In this document: positions 24,900 to 35,196 of the stretch, piece after piece
Position numbering within the stretch: position 1 is the stretch's first letter
Layout of the letters: each line of letters starts with the position of its first letter
From: a virus
Taxonomy: Duplodnaviria; Caudoviricetes
Strand: one strand, 5' to 3'
IMG/VR virus record: IMGVR_UViG_3300028840_000889
Location: 1-50,791 of that record
Length of the DNA: 50,791 bases
Position numbers and translations under genes: made by a program
Notes under the pieces: generated by a model
Told to the model about the DNA's origin: nothing
Databases searched by the model: none
What the model saw: only the letters and a program-made list of their open reading frames with translations

Positions 24900-26077
24900 A
24901 ATTTAAATCCCGAAAAACTATCAGGTTTTACATCAGATTTAATACCACCAACCAAATAACTAGTAATTTCCGATTCTTGTGGAGCTATTTGTACTTCTTT
25001 AGAGTTCAACCAGTGTGAGGTCCAGGGAAGTGGATTATTCTTCGCAGGAATATCGTAAATCGGACGAAGACCTATTGATTTCATTCTACGATTAGCGGTC
25101 CATTCTACGTATTGCTGAAGTAGTTTATCATTCAATCCAATCATACTTCCGTCCTTAAACAAATATTCAGCCCAGTGCTTCTCCTGATTTACAGCATTCT
25201 CAAAGGTCTTATAAGTCCATTGTTCTTCTTCTTTAGCGATCTTCTGCATATCAGGATCATCACCTTCCTTCCATTTGTTAAGAATGTTTTGAGTAATGAC
25301 TAAATGTTGATTCTCATCCCTGGCGATTAATGAGATGATTTTTGCACTTCCTTCCATAAGTTTGAGTTCACCAAAGGCGAAACTGCAAGCAAAACTAACG
25401 TAGAAGCGAATACCTTCAAGAATATTAACATTTGCAACTGCTCTGTAGAGTTTTCTTTTGAGTTCATATCTTTCTACCTGTGCGTAAGGAACTTGTTCTT
25501 GAGCGTGTTTCCAAAGTTCAGATGTTCCATAATATTGAGCACCATTAATAAAGTCATTATACGCTTCAGTTACACTTACTGCTCTTTCCAGAATGCGATC
25601 ATCACGAAGAATAGTATCAAATACTTCAGAGGGATCTGAATAAACATTTTTGATAATATATGTGTATGAACGAGAATGAATCATTTCCATAAACTCCCAA
25701 ACTTTCATACATGCCTCAAGTTCAGGAAGAGAGCAGTATGGAGCAAATGCCATACCGGGACCTCTTCCCTGAACCGAATCAAGCATAATCTGATACTTTA
25801 GATTGGAAGTAAAAATATGCTTTTGTTCTGGGCGAAGAGTTTGATAATCTCCTCTATCTTTTTGTAGAGAGATTTCTTCGGGTCTCCAGAAATAACTTAA
25901 CTGCTGTTGAGTTAGTTTATCAAATACTGGATACTTATAGGAATCATATCTTTGTATTCCCAGAGGTTGACCAAAAAACATGGGTTGCTTTTTGGTATCT
26001 ACTTCTTGAGAATTGAAAACAGTCATTGACTGAATCATCTTTTTTTCCTCTAAACCTGTTTTGAAACTAAAAGTCAT
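24896..26077 (-). CDS. nrdB: Ribonucleotide reductase class Ia beta subunit
   Basis: FWRPEEISL, LDSVQGR, EMIHSRSY, LEGIRFYVSF, RDENQH and APQESE..Y. Confidence 0.97.
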   Translation of the reverse strand: MTFSFKTGLEEKKMIQSMTVFNSQEVDTKKQPMFFGQPLGIQRYDSYKYPVFDKLTQQQLSYFWRPEEISLQKDRGDYQTLRPEQKHIFTSNLKYQIMLDSVQGRGPGMAFAPYCSLPELEACMKVWEFMEMIHSRSYTYIIKNVYSDPSEVFDTILRDDRILERAVSVTEAYNDFINGAQYYGTSELWKHAQEQVPYAQVERYELKRKLYRAVANVNILEGIRFYVSFACSFAFGELKLMEGSAKIISLIARDENQHLVITQNILNKWKEGDDPDMQKIAKEEEQWTYKTFENAVNQEKHWAEYLFKDGSMIGLNDKLLQQYVEWTANRRMKSIGLRPIYDIPAKNNPLPWTSHWLNSKEVQIAPQESEITSYLVGGIKSDVKPDSFSGFKL

Positions 26078-26123
26078 AATTTTTTCTCTGATAATCTACT
26101 CAACACTCTTATATTTAATAAAC

Positions 26124-28424
26124 TTAAATACTACAACTTTCGCAACTTTCCTCATCGGTTTTCATAATATCATCCAGAAGCATTTGAAGATCTGGTTTAG
26201 TTTCCTCTTCTTCATCGGTCTTAATATCATAAGTATTTTGATAATATGCAGTCTTGTGTCCTACAGAATAGGAATAAAGCATATCTCGTGCCATTACGCT
26301 AACAGGAACTTCATTATCGGGATAATTTTGCGGATTATAGGACCAGTTTCCAGAAATCGCTTGATCGAAGAACTTTTGCATAACTGCAACAATATTAATA
26401 TACCCACGATTGCCAGGCATATCCCAAAGAAGCGTATAATTGTTCTTAAGAGATTGATACTGGGGGACAATCTGTTTAAGAGGGCCCTTCTTTGATTTTT
26501 TAATCGATAAGTATCCACGAGGTGGTTCAATTCCATTAGTTGCATTTGAAGTAACTGAACTACTTTCTGAAGGCATTTGGGCGGACAAAGTTGAGTGTCT
26601 TAATCCATCTTTTAATATAGATGCCCTAAGTGATTCCCAATCATGCTGTAATGGTGTAGAAGAGATTTGATCTACATCTTTTTTATATGTATCAATCGGT
26701 AAAATACCATCTGAATATTTGGTGCGACCAAAGTATTCACAATGCCCCTTTTCTTTAGCGAGTTGATTTGATGTCTTTAGAAGATAATACTGGAAAGATT
26801 CAGAAAGTCCATGAACGGCATCCCATGCCTCCTGTGAGTCGTAGTTGAACCCAAGTTTAGCAAGATAGTGTGCCAGACCGATGTATCCAATACCGAGTGC
26901 TCTACGGCGCTTTGTAAAGTTCTCTGCCGCTTTCACCGGATATTGCTGATAGTCAATTAATTCTTCTAATGCACGGACCGAAAGATTACAAAGTTCCTCA
27001 AGTTCTTCGTCAGATTTTACCTTACCAATATTAATTGCAGAAAGAATACAAGTTGCTATTTCTTGAGGACCGTCATCATCAATATGTTGAATTGGTGTCG
27101 TCGGCAAAGAAATTTCGACGCAGAGGTTTGACATTACAATTTGGTCTTTAAATGAACCATGAGAATTGGCATGATCTATATTCATAATATAGATACGACC
27201 TGTTTCAGCTCTTTCTTTAAGAAGTTTAAGAATAAGTTCTTGTGCCTTAATAGCTTTCTTTTGAATGGAAGAATCGTTCTCGTACTGGACGTACAGATCG
27301 TCAAATTTGTCTGTTCCAAAAGAATCATAAAGTCCAGGTACATCATGGGGAGAGAATAATGTGATTTCCCCATCTTGAATGAATCTTTCATAAAATATTT
27401 TAGATAATTGTATTCCATAATCCAATTTACGAACTCGGTTATCTTCGGTTCCTTTATTATTTTTAAGAACAAGAATGTCTTCTATTTCTTGATGCCAGAT
27501 AGGAAAAAAGCAAGTTGCAGAACCACCTCTTATGCCGTTTTGCGTACAGCATCGTACAGTTGATTCAAACTTTTTAAGGAAAGGAACAACGCCAGTGTGC
27601 TGAACTTCTCCACCTCTAATTTTACTGTTGATACCACGTATTCTGCCTGCGTTAATGCCAATACCAGCCCTTTGTGAGACATACCTGCCAATAGCCATAT
27701 CGCTACTAAAGATGCTATCGAGGGTGTCATCAACATCAACCAAAACACAAGATGCAAATTGACGAAGTGGTGTCCGGACCCCTGCCATGATCGGTGTTGG
27801 GATGTTGATTTTGTGCTTTGAGATTGCGTCATAGTACCTCTTTACATAAGAAAGGCGAGTTTCTTTTGGATACTCTGAAAAGATTGTCAGAGCAATCATC
27901 ATATACATGAACTGCGGTGTTTCATATACTCCACCACCACTACGGTCCTGAACCAAATACTTATCAACTACCTGACGAAGACCGGCATAAGTAAAAAGAT
28001 AATCCCTATCATGATTAATAAAAGAATCTACTTTTTCAATTTCTTCTTCAGTATAAAGTTTTAGAATCTCTTCATCATACACCCCACATTTAACACATTT
28101 TTGAATGTGCTGAAATATTGTAGGACATTCGTGCATACGACCAAACAACTGCTTGCGGAGAGCGAACAGAAGCAGGCGAGCGGCAACAAACTGATAGTTA
28201 GGGTGGTCTAGGTCAATAAGGTCGCTTGCAGAGCGAATTAGGATCTCCTGAACCTCCGCTGTCGTAATACCATCATAGAACTGAATACCTGACTGCATCT
28301 CAACTTGACTTGCAGAAACTCCGGCAAGGTCTTTACATGCCTCCTCAACCATAAGATGAAGTTTATTAAGATCTAAACTTTCTAATGACCCATTTCTTTT
28401 AATAACTTTTGTTCCGTTACTCAT
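26124..28424 (-). CDS. nrdA: Ribonucleotide reductase class Ia alpha subunit
   Basis: ATP cone, RQFASCVL, SNLCVEI, QMPSESSS and C-terminal CESC. No intein. Confidence 0.97.
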   Translation of the reverse strand: MSNGTKVIKRNGSLESLDLNKLHLMVEEACKDLAGVSASQVEMQSGIQFYDGITTAEVQEILIRSASDLIDLDHPNYQFVAARLLLFALRKQLFGRMHECPTIFQHIQKCVKCGVYDEEILKLYTEEEIEKVDSFINHDRDYLFTYAGLRQVVDKYLVQDRSGGGVYETPQFMYMMIALTIFSEYPKETRLSYVKRYYDAISKHKINIPTPIMAGVRTPLRQFASCVLVDVDDTLDSIFSSDMAIGRYVSQRAGIGINAGRIRGINSKIRGGEVQHTGVVPFLKKFESTVRCCTQNGIRGGSATCFFPIWHQEIEDILVLKNNKGTEDNRVRKLDYGIQLSKIFYERFIQDGEITLFSPHDVPGLYDSFGTDKFDDLYVQYENDSSIQKKAIKAQELILKLLKERAETGRIYIMNIDHANSHGSFKDQIVMSNLCVEISLPTTPIQHIDDDGPQEIATCILSAINIGKVKSDEELEELCNLSVRALEELIDYQQYPVKAAENFTKRRRALGIGYIGLAHYLAKLGFNYDSQEAWDAVHGLSESFQYYLLKTSNQLAKEKGHCEYFGRTKYSDGILPIDTYKKDVDQISSTPLQHDWESLRASILKDGLRHSTLSAQMPSESSSVTSNATNGIEPPRGYLSIKKSKKGPLKQIVPQYQSLKNNYTLLWDMPGNRGYINIVAVMQKFFDQAISGNWSYNPQNYPDNEVPVSVMARDMLYSYSVGHKTAYYQNTYDIKTDEEEETKPDLQMLLDDIMKTDEESCESCSI

Positions 28425-29392
28425 ACTTTTTTCCACTCGTTAAACTTTACTGTTGCGGTTAAACCTTCGTATGTATTTGATTCTATCACATCTTGAACGT
28501 TAAGTCCAGATAAAATCATATCATTAATATCCTTATGTTTTATATTTTGAGGCCAAATAATTACCTTTTCTCCTCTATTGATTGTTTTTGATATTCGATT
28601 GACGATTTCTCTGTTGCGTGGTTCATTATCAAAAACCCAAATATAATCGCTCCAACCAAACGACCTAATATCAATATCGGACCCGCACATAGCAACAGAG
28701 TTTTTAATAAATGTGGAGTCGAATGGTCCTTCAACGATGTAAATCGGTTTTTTGGAATCAATTTTTTCAAGTCCATAAATCTTTGGAGCATCATCATTAA
28801 GCATTACGGTGATATATTTATTGGTAGAAGATTCTATTGCTCTTCCCTGAAATCCAATCAAATTATTATCAACATCATACATGGGTATAATGATACGAGA
28901 TTCATCTTTATCAATATTCTTAAATGTATGTTTTTGTTGATTCACCCAATACTTAAATCTTTCGGCAAAATAAAACTTTTCTGGTTTTAATTTTCTCTTC
29001 TCAAGATATTCTTTACTGATAGGAACTTCTGATGCCTTTGGTAAATCTAATTTTTTTGTGAACTTTGGAGATTGGAAATTAAATTCAGGTTCTTTTGCTA
29101 TAAAATTTCTTCCAGTATTTCCTTCTTTAAACTTTTCAAAAATATATTGTTTATAACTCGTAGTATCTATTTGCTTAAGAAAATTATTGAAAGAAATATT
29201 TGTTCCACAGTTATGACACTTAAAATTTGTATTATTTTTAACTTGATATAAATATCCTCTCGCCTTATTTTTATTTTTTTGAGAGTCGCCACAAATAGGG
29301 CAACGAAAATTATAAAGATTATTCTTTACCTTCTTAAACTTTTGAAGTCTTGAAGATATTAAATTGATGTACTTAACATCAACAAAGTCCAT
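28421..29392 (-). CDS. gp61: DNA primase (T4 gp61-like)
   Basis: Zn finger CPICGDS...CHNC and TOPRIM motifs EGPFDS, FDNE, KDIND. Confidence 0.95.
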   Translation of the reverse strand: MDFVDVKYINLISSRLQKFKKVKNNLYNFRCPICGDSQKNKNKARGYLYQVKNNTNFKCHNCGTNISFNNFLKQIDTTSYKQYIFEKFKEGNTGRNFIAKEPEFNFQSPKFTKKLDLPKASEVPISKEYLEKRKLKPEKFYFAERFKYWVNQQKHTFKNIDKDESRIIIPMYDVDNNLIGFQGRAIESSTNKYITVMLNDDAPKIYGLEKIDSKKPIYIVEGPFDSTFIKNSVAMCGSDIDIRSFGWSDYIWVFDNEPRNREIVNRISKTINRGEKVIIWPQNIKHKDINDMILSGLNVQDVIESNTYEGLTATVKFNEWKKV

Positions 29393-29562
29393 AAACACAC
29401 ATTAATTGGTTTTATTATTCTAGCAGATTATCTCCCTTTGTCAATACAGAGAGATGTAAGTATTGCCGTCCATTTAATGACAGAATTTGTTATTTTTTGT
29501 AGCGAATATGTAGTAATTTGCCTTTTAGTTTTCACTACATTTGGTTTCGAGTACTTAAATAT

Positions 29563-29976
29563 TTATTTTTTTTCTATCTGTCCTTGTGGAGAATTTGGAG
29601 TCAATATATCAACTACTGTTGTCGATTGGGAAAGTACAAAAGAAAGAATAATTATAGATCCAACTATTATCCAACGAAACTTTACAATTTCTTCTACTTT
29701 AATCTCTAAAGATTTAATTTTATCTGCCACTAATTCGTGTTGTTCTCGGTTTTCATCCTTTAATTCGTGTATCATATTAGAAATCATATTATCAGTTTTT
29801 CCACATTGGTCTATTTTTTCTTCATGGACAGCGAGCATTTTACTGATGTTTTGACCAGTTTTACCCATGATTTGAATTGCTTCGTCTATTTTTTTCATCA
29901 TAAGTTCGTAAGAGGAAATCCTTTCTTCTAAAACAGCAATTTTTGTATCGGAGGCGGCGTTTCGTTGATTAAACAT
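29563..29976 (-). CDS. Hypothetical coiled-coil protein with a C-terminal TM helix
   Basis: MLAVHEEKI...FRWIIVGSIIILSFVLS. Confidence 0.75.
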   Translation of the reverse strand: MFNQRNAASDTKIAVLEERISSYELMMKKIDEAIQIMGKTGQNISKMLAVHEEKIDQCGKTDNMISNMIHELKDENREQHELVADKIKSLEIKVEEIVKFRWIIVGSIIILSFVLSQSTTVVDILTPNSPQGQIEKK

Positions 29977-30045
29977 TTTACTTTTAGTTCTTGAAGATAC
30001 TGCTCTTAACTACAAAACGAATACTTCAAGTAGTATTAAAAATAT

Positions 30046-30273
30046 TTATTTGTCTATTGATTTTACCCACTTTTTATATGGTGGCAAAATTCTCCTAAAA
30101 TCTACCGTTCCATTTTTCTTTTTTTTTCCCATTAAAGGATCAAATCCTGCAACAGGTCCTTTAGGATCAGCAGCACTAGTAAATCCCCCACTACCGACAA
30201 TCATTCCCTCTTCTTTTAGATTTCTATAGTGGCGAAATGCCTCAATAATTTTATCAATCTTCTTCTTTTCCAT
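30046..30273 (-). CDS. Hypothetical cyanophage protein
   Basis: GPVAGFDP motif in a packed late operon. Confidence 0.7.
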   Translation of the reverse strand: MEKKKIDKIIEAFRHYRNLKEEGMIVGSGGFTSAADPKGPVAGFDPLMGKKKKNGTVDFRRILPPYKKWVKSIDK

Positions 30274-30646
30274 TGTAGATTTTGTAAAGTTCCTTTAGAC
30301 AAATCAAATCAACTTGGATGTCATGAATACTAGATTTTGGATATTCTGGTAATCTATTAAGAAATATAATAAATGATTTAACAGCAGACCACATATCATT
30401 TTCTATTTTAAAAAAGAGCATGGGGGTTGTTGCTTCACCAAAAATATTGTAAAGAATAATAAAATGATTTAAAATTAAGTGAGTTTTAAGGTCCCCAGAT
30501 TTCCTATATCTTTTCAACAATCGTTTAATATACTTAAAATGATTTAAATCCTTTTCAAAATCTTCTTTAGTGACAGATTGAGGATTTTCATAATTTTTTA
30601 TAGCAAATAAGAGGAAATTATCCTCATTCAGTTCATTAAAAATCAT
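30254..30646 (-). CDS. Conserved T4-like hypothetical protein
   Basis: FKYIKRLLKRY...HLILNH. Confidence 0.8.
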   Translation of the reverse strand: MIFNELNEDNFLLFAIKNYENPQSVTKEDFEKDLNHFKYIKRLLKRYRKSGDLKTHLILNHFIILYNIFGEATTPMLFFKIENDMWSAVKSFIIFLNRLPEYPKSSIHDIQVDLICLKELYKIYNGKEED

Positions 30647-30652
30647 AATTTA

Positions 30653-31486
30653 TCATGAAACGGTCATTGTTGCAATTCCAGAAGTTACCGAAACGTCTCC
30701 GGAAGTAATTACGACACGATACTTATAATTGTTCTTACTTGCATTAGTGTTTGTAATGTTTACGCTAGTTGCTGTTTGTCCCGAAAGGTTAGCAAATGTT
30801 CCAGTATTAGGATCTTGCTGCCACTGATAAGACGGAGATGCATAAGAAGGTGCTACGGAAGCAGTTACACTAAATGTTGCAGTTGCCGTAGTTCCTACAC
30901 CAATAGAAGAAGGTTGAGATGTAATTGTAATAATTGCATCAGGGAAAACTACATCATCAGTAGCATCACCCGGAGTTCCAAATGTTGCATTAGATCCACT
31001 AGTAATTTCGGACATTGCAACAAGTGTTTCTGTCTTAACTCTCATCTCACCTTCAGAACCAATATAAGTTTTAATACCTACCCAACCAGCATGAGTGACT
31101 GCATAATTTGTTGTTGCTGTTGCGCCAGTTTCGTAAATATCAACACCATAGATTAATGCGATTGTTGCTCCGGCACCTGCTCCACCATTTCCATAATTTG
31201 AATCTTCCAAAGTATAAATTGGTCTTTGTGATAATGCGTAAGAAACTCCCGAAATAACAGCACCACTCAAATATTGAGTTGTTGCAATGGAAATTAATTC
31301 ATCGGAAGTAACTCCAGAAATAACTGCAGATCCAAAAGTTGAACCAGTACCTATTGAAATTACAGTTCCCTCATCAATGCCTGCTGCAGTAAAAGAAGTT
31401 CCACTGCCAGTAATAGTTTTTGCAATGTAATCAACACTCACCGTTCCTGGTGAGAATAGATCGTCTGCAGTTCCCCAGAGTGCCAT
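30653..31486 (-). CDS. Putative virion structural protein with a C-terminal Ig-like domain
   Basis: MALWG start, THAGWV...ETLVAM, ITSQP...YQWQ...YKYRV. Late promoter TATAAATA at 31520-31527. Confidence 0.75.
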   Translation of the reverse strand: MALWGTADDLFSPGTVSVDYIAKTITGSGTSFTAAGIDEGTVISIGTGSTFGSAVISGVTSDELISIATTQYLSGAVISGVSYALSQRPIYTLEDSNYGNGGAGAGATIALIYGVDIYETGATATTNYAVTHAGWVGIKTYIGSEGEMRVKTETLVAMSEITSGSNATFGTPGDATDDVVFPDAIITITSQPSSIGVGTTATATFSVTASVAPSYASPSYQWQQDPNTGTFANLSGQTATSVNITNTNASKNNYKYRVVITSGDVSVTSGIATMTVS

Positions 31487-31578
31487 TTTTTTCTTCCGTA
31501 ATTAGTTTATTCGTAAAAGTATTTATAAAAAATAGAGACCCAGTATTTGGGTCTCTAAAGTAAAATTATGTATTAATA

Positions 31579-31764
31579 TCAGGGAGTTGGATCTTTGGCA
31601 CCCTTATCTTTTAGAAGTTTTTGAGTTTGAATAATAACGAAAGAGACAAGACCGTTAGATTTAACTGCGGGAACTGCTCCAAGAAGCTCAGAAAGAATAA
31701 GAAGAATGGTTGCGAGTGCAGCTTCATTTGCGAGCACCCAAGCCCAGATTACGGCTAAAGACAT
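31579..31764 (-). CDS. Small membrane protein
   Basis: Hydrophobic 61-aa ORF followed by the terminator GAGACCCA/TGGGTCTC. Confidence 0.7.
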   Translation of the reverse strand: MSLAVIWAWVLANEAALATILLILSELLGAVPAVKSNGLVSFVIIQTQKLLKDKGAKDPTP

Positions 31765-31804
31765 AATGTACCTCGGTGTAAATGTATCCTATCTTATTTA
31801 GGAA

Positions 31805-33865
31805 CTAGGTTCCTTTAGTATCCATCTTAAAGTTTACTGCTTTTTCTCTAGCAGCACGACGAATACCCACTATATGCTTTGGGGATTGTCTTCCAGAACC
31901 AGGTTCTCCGGCAGCAACGGGTATAACTTTTCCAATACGATCTTTAGATTTTTCTCTGGAACCACCATATTTTAGCCACGGTTCTTTTTCTACCCTTTTT
32001 TTAATTTGGTTATTTCCTCCCTCTACAGATGAACGACCAGTTGTAAATTTCTTTCCAGTTTCTTTAGCATATCTGGTCCTCTCATCCACTAATTCACCTT
32101 CTGGTTCATATCCAGCAGTAATAGAAGGATCAGTTCCTTTAGGTGCTGATCTCATTGCTTGAAGTTTTCTTTGCATAATTTGAATTTCCTGCTGTTTCAT
32201 CCTATCCTGTTGTTGAGACTTTTTTTTCTGTTGGTCTTGATCTGGTTCTTGTTGAGTTTTTGATTGCATTTCCAGTGCTTGTTCTGCTATCTTTTTAGCT
32301 ATTTTAGTAGCCGTTGCCATTTTAACTTCCATTCCACGACCAGGATATCTTTTTTCAAAATCCTTAAGATTCATTTTTTGTGCAATTTCTTCTCTCTTCT
32401 TTAATTCAGCAGGTGTTAAAGTTTTTTCATCGAGTTCAACTTCTTCCTTTTTAATTATAACGGAATCCTTTGCTACATCAGAATATGGTGCTTTTTCATA
32501 AGGATCAATAAGTCTCATCCCAATCGCAGTTGTTTCTTTCGCTTCACTACGAATAGATGAAAGTAAATCGTCAAGTTTGCTAGTTTTCTTTACTCTTGTC
32601 GTTTTTGTTTTTACTGCTGCTTTTGGTTTTGCTGGAGTTGTTGCTTTTGGTTTTGCCTTTGGCGCAACCTTTACTTTTGGTGGAGCAGTTTCACTACCTT
32701 CCCAAGGGTCGGCGGGTTTTTCTGCAGTTTTCTTTTCTGGTCCTTTATAAGAACCACTACTTACCTTTTCCTTCTGACCTACACCGGCACCACGATATGT
32801 TGATGATTTTCTTGTTCCGGTAGGTGAGACACTTGGAGTTTTATCACCACCCTCAATTTTACGAGCAACACCTAATGCACTTTTCGCAACCTTTCTTGCC
32901 CCAGTTGCTACTGCCTGTTTTGCTGCCTTTTTAACACCAGAAAGTTTTTTTCTTGCAATACTCAAGAGACCTTCTTTTTTCTTTTCAGAACCACCACCAG
33001 AAGAAGTATCGTGTCCAAAAGTTACTTTTGCTTCAACTAGGGCATACTCAATCGCTTCCTCAATATCATCTTCTCCATAACCTTCATTCAGAAGTTCATC
33101 ATAAACACTTTCAACAATATAATCAACTTCATCAATCTCTACCATTTCAAGAAGAGATCCACCAAGTTCTTCTACTACTTCAGCAATATTTGGATTAATA
33201 ATAATTTTATTTTTTACTGACTTTTCAGAGATTTTTTTTTTATCTTCGTTTTTACTGATTACATCCATAATTTCCGAAAGATCTTGTCTCCAATTTGAGA
33301 AACCTTCTTTGACTTCTTTTTTCTTTTTCTTAAACTTACCAGAAACTTCACCCTCTTCGTAACCAATACCATCCCCATCATCATCCCACCATTTCTTAAC
33401 TTTCTTTGCTTCACTCATTGCTTTCTTTACTTTTAATGCAAGCGTATCTTTCTTTTGTCCGGGTTTTAACTTACGAACTTCTGCTGCAGGAGTATCATAA
33501 GTGGGTTGTTGTGGAGTAGAATTTTTAGGTTCTTTTAGTGCTTTTTCGGTTGCCTGAATATCAGCAAGTATTGCTCTCCCTTTTCTTGTCCTTTCTTGTT
33601 CTTTTTTCTTTGCGGGAGTAACCATTCTCGCCATCCTTTCTTCACGCGAACGAAGTGCTTCATCTACATATTCTTCATTCTTAATATTTTTCCTTTCTCT
33701 CATTGCCTTTGCTTTTGCAAGTGTTCTTTCTCTTGCTGCTTCTTGCTCTTCTTTTGAGATTGCAGTCACAGCACCAAGTCTTTCTGCAGGTTTGCCAGGA
33801 ACTGCAGACTCAAAAATCTGCTCATAATAAATGGAAGAAATATCATTTACAATATTTTTAGACAT
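31805..33865 (-). CDS. Large charged late protein (possible internal head protein)
   Basis: K/E-rich modular 686-aa ORF, with TATAAATA at 33899-33906. Confidence 0.75.
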   Translation of the reverse strand: MSKNIVNDISSIYYEQIFESAVPGKPAERLGAVTAISKEEQEAARERTLAKAKAMRERKNIKNEEYVDEALRSREERMARMVTPAKKKEQERTRKGRAILADIQATEKALKEPKNSTPQQPTYDTPAAEVRKLKPGQKKDTLALKVKKAMSEAKKVKKWWDDDGDGIGYEEGEVSGKFKKKKKEVKEGFSNWRQDLSEIMDVISKNEDKKKISEKSVKNKIIINPNIAEVVEELGGSLLEMVEIDEVDYIVESVYDELLNEGYGEDDIEEAIEYALVEAKVTFGHDTSSGGGSEKKKEGLLSIARKKLSGVKKAAKQAVATGARKVAKSALGVARKIEGGDKTPSVSPTGTRKSSTYRGAGVGQKEKVSSGSYKGPEKKTAEKPADPWEGSETAPPKVKVAPKAKPKATTPAKPKAAVKTKTTRVKKTSKLDDLLSSIRSEAKETTAIGMRLIDPYEKAPYSDVAKDSVIIKKEEVELDEKTLTPAELKKREEIAQKMNLKDFEKRYPGRGMEVKMATATKIAKKIAEQALEMQSKTQQEPDQDQQKKKSQQQDRMKQQEIQIMQRKLQAMRSAPKGTDPSITAGYEPEGELVDERTRYAKETGKKFTTGRSSVEGGNNQIKKRVEKEPWLKYGGSREKSKDRIGKVIPVAAGEPGSGRQSPKHIVGIRRAAREKAVNFKMDTKGT

Positions 33866-33866
33866 C

Positions 33867-35165
33867 TTAATAAGTGCTTTGTTTTATTTTTCTATACCTA
33901 TTTATAAAATCTGTTCCGTAAGTTTTTCCACCTTTTTGAAGATTTTCTTTTCCTGTTCCAACTGCCCCTGGCGTCATACTTGCATAATGCTTAAATGCAC
34001 CTAAAGTTCCCACAAGAGTATTGGGATGTACCTTATCTCTCATAGGACTATCCATTTTCACTTCAGTGTATTCCATCAAATCTTTAATCCAGGACTTAAA
34101 CATATAACCTTCTTCTGTTACGCAAATAAGATAATTAGTTCCTCTACGCACTACTTCACCAATCAGTCCAGTATTTAAGTTTTGAACATTATCGCCCATT
34201 CTAAAAATCTTACCTCTTACATAATTCTCACGAAGATTTTCCATATCATACTTTGGAGCAATATCCCAAAGATCATAACTTTCTTTCTTAACTTTAGATT
34301 TCTTGGCCCCCATTCCTTGACGAACTGAATTAAATAGTGCTTGAGTTTCTGCATCATCTAATGACTTTGGTGTTCCTCTGCGGAATGATGCAAAGTCATC
34401 GTCCATTACTGCTTTTCTCATCTTGGATGCAGACATTCCACTTACACCTTCTGCATCAGCATCACGAACACCAGCAGAAACAACACGAATTAAATCAAAG
34501 TTGTAAAGATCTCCATTATATTTCTGTGCAAGGTTCTCAAACTCTGCTTGACGATCTGAACCAACAACAATATTCACACTTGAGTATCCTTCCTCGTTTG
34601 CAGTTACAAGAACATCAAAGATTGTTTTCATCTTATAATCATTGATAATGTTCTCCTCAAATTCAGGGAACATCTTTTTCATATACGAAACTTTAAGATC
34701 AGGATCTAGTGGATTTTTCTTTGGATCTTGAGATCTTGATGGGTAGATTTTAACATCACCACCAGCAGAAATTCTCTTTGCAGACTTCAGAAGTTTTTCG
34801 TGCCCTACTGTTGGTGGATTGAAGCGGCCAAATACGACAGTCAGTGGTGGAAGTTCTTGCTCTGCTTCTTGGTCCTCCGGTGCTGCTGCAGGTGCTTGTG
34901 GTGCTTGAGGGGCGGGTGCTTGTTGAGTTGTGGGTTGATCGGTCGAAGAGGGCGCCGGTCCTCTCACCTTTCCTGCAGGTTCTTCTGGCCCTTTTGCCTG
35001 ACGACCATCAATATACTTAAGTTTTCCTTTTTCAGTTCTTGCAACAACCTTACCAGATCGATCTAACCAACCACCATGGCCGTCTCCAGTATATCCAAGT
35101 TTTTTCGCTTGCATTGCTGCTTGCGACTCTTTTGCTTCTGTTAAAAATTTAAAGAAACTTTTCAT
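33867..35165 (-). CDS. Cytidylyltransferase-like protein (cyanophage core gene)
   Basis: VFGRFNPPTVGHEKL (HxGH-like), VVGSDR and MSASKMR. Confidence 0.88.
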   Translation of the reverse strand: MKSFFKFLTEAKESQAAMQAKKLGYTGDGHGGWLDRSGKVVARTEKGKLKYIDGRQAKGPEEPAGKVRGPAPSSTDQPTTQQAPAPQAPQAPAAAPEDQEAEQELPPLTVVFGRFNPPTVGHEKLLKSAKRISAGGDVKIYPSRSQDPKKNPLDPDLKVSYMKKMFPEFEENIINDYKMKTIFDVLVTANEEGYSSVNIVVGSDRQAEFENLAQKYNGDLYNFDLIRVVSAGVRDADAEGVSGMSASKMRKAVMDDDFASFRRGTPKSLDDAETQALFNSVRQGMGAKKSKVKKESYDLWDIAPKYDMENLRENYVRGKIFRMGDNVQNLNTGLIGEVVRRGTNYLICVTEEGYMFKSWIKDLMEYTEVKMDSPMRDKVHPNTLVGTLGAFKHYASMTPGAVGTGKENLQKGGKTYGTDFINRYRKIKQSTY

Positions 35166-35196
35166 ATTGTTTGTTATTATACCTTTATTTATTTGT

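Noticed and set aside
24896-28424. Introns or inteins in nrdA/nrdB (also checked gp41 and gp43)
   Set aside because: All have normal length and continuous motifs.
29428-29535. 35-aa GTG-start ORF upstream of primase
   Set aside because: Plausible but unsupported; it overlaps the primase promoter (TTGACA-N16-TAGAAT).
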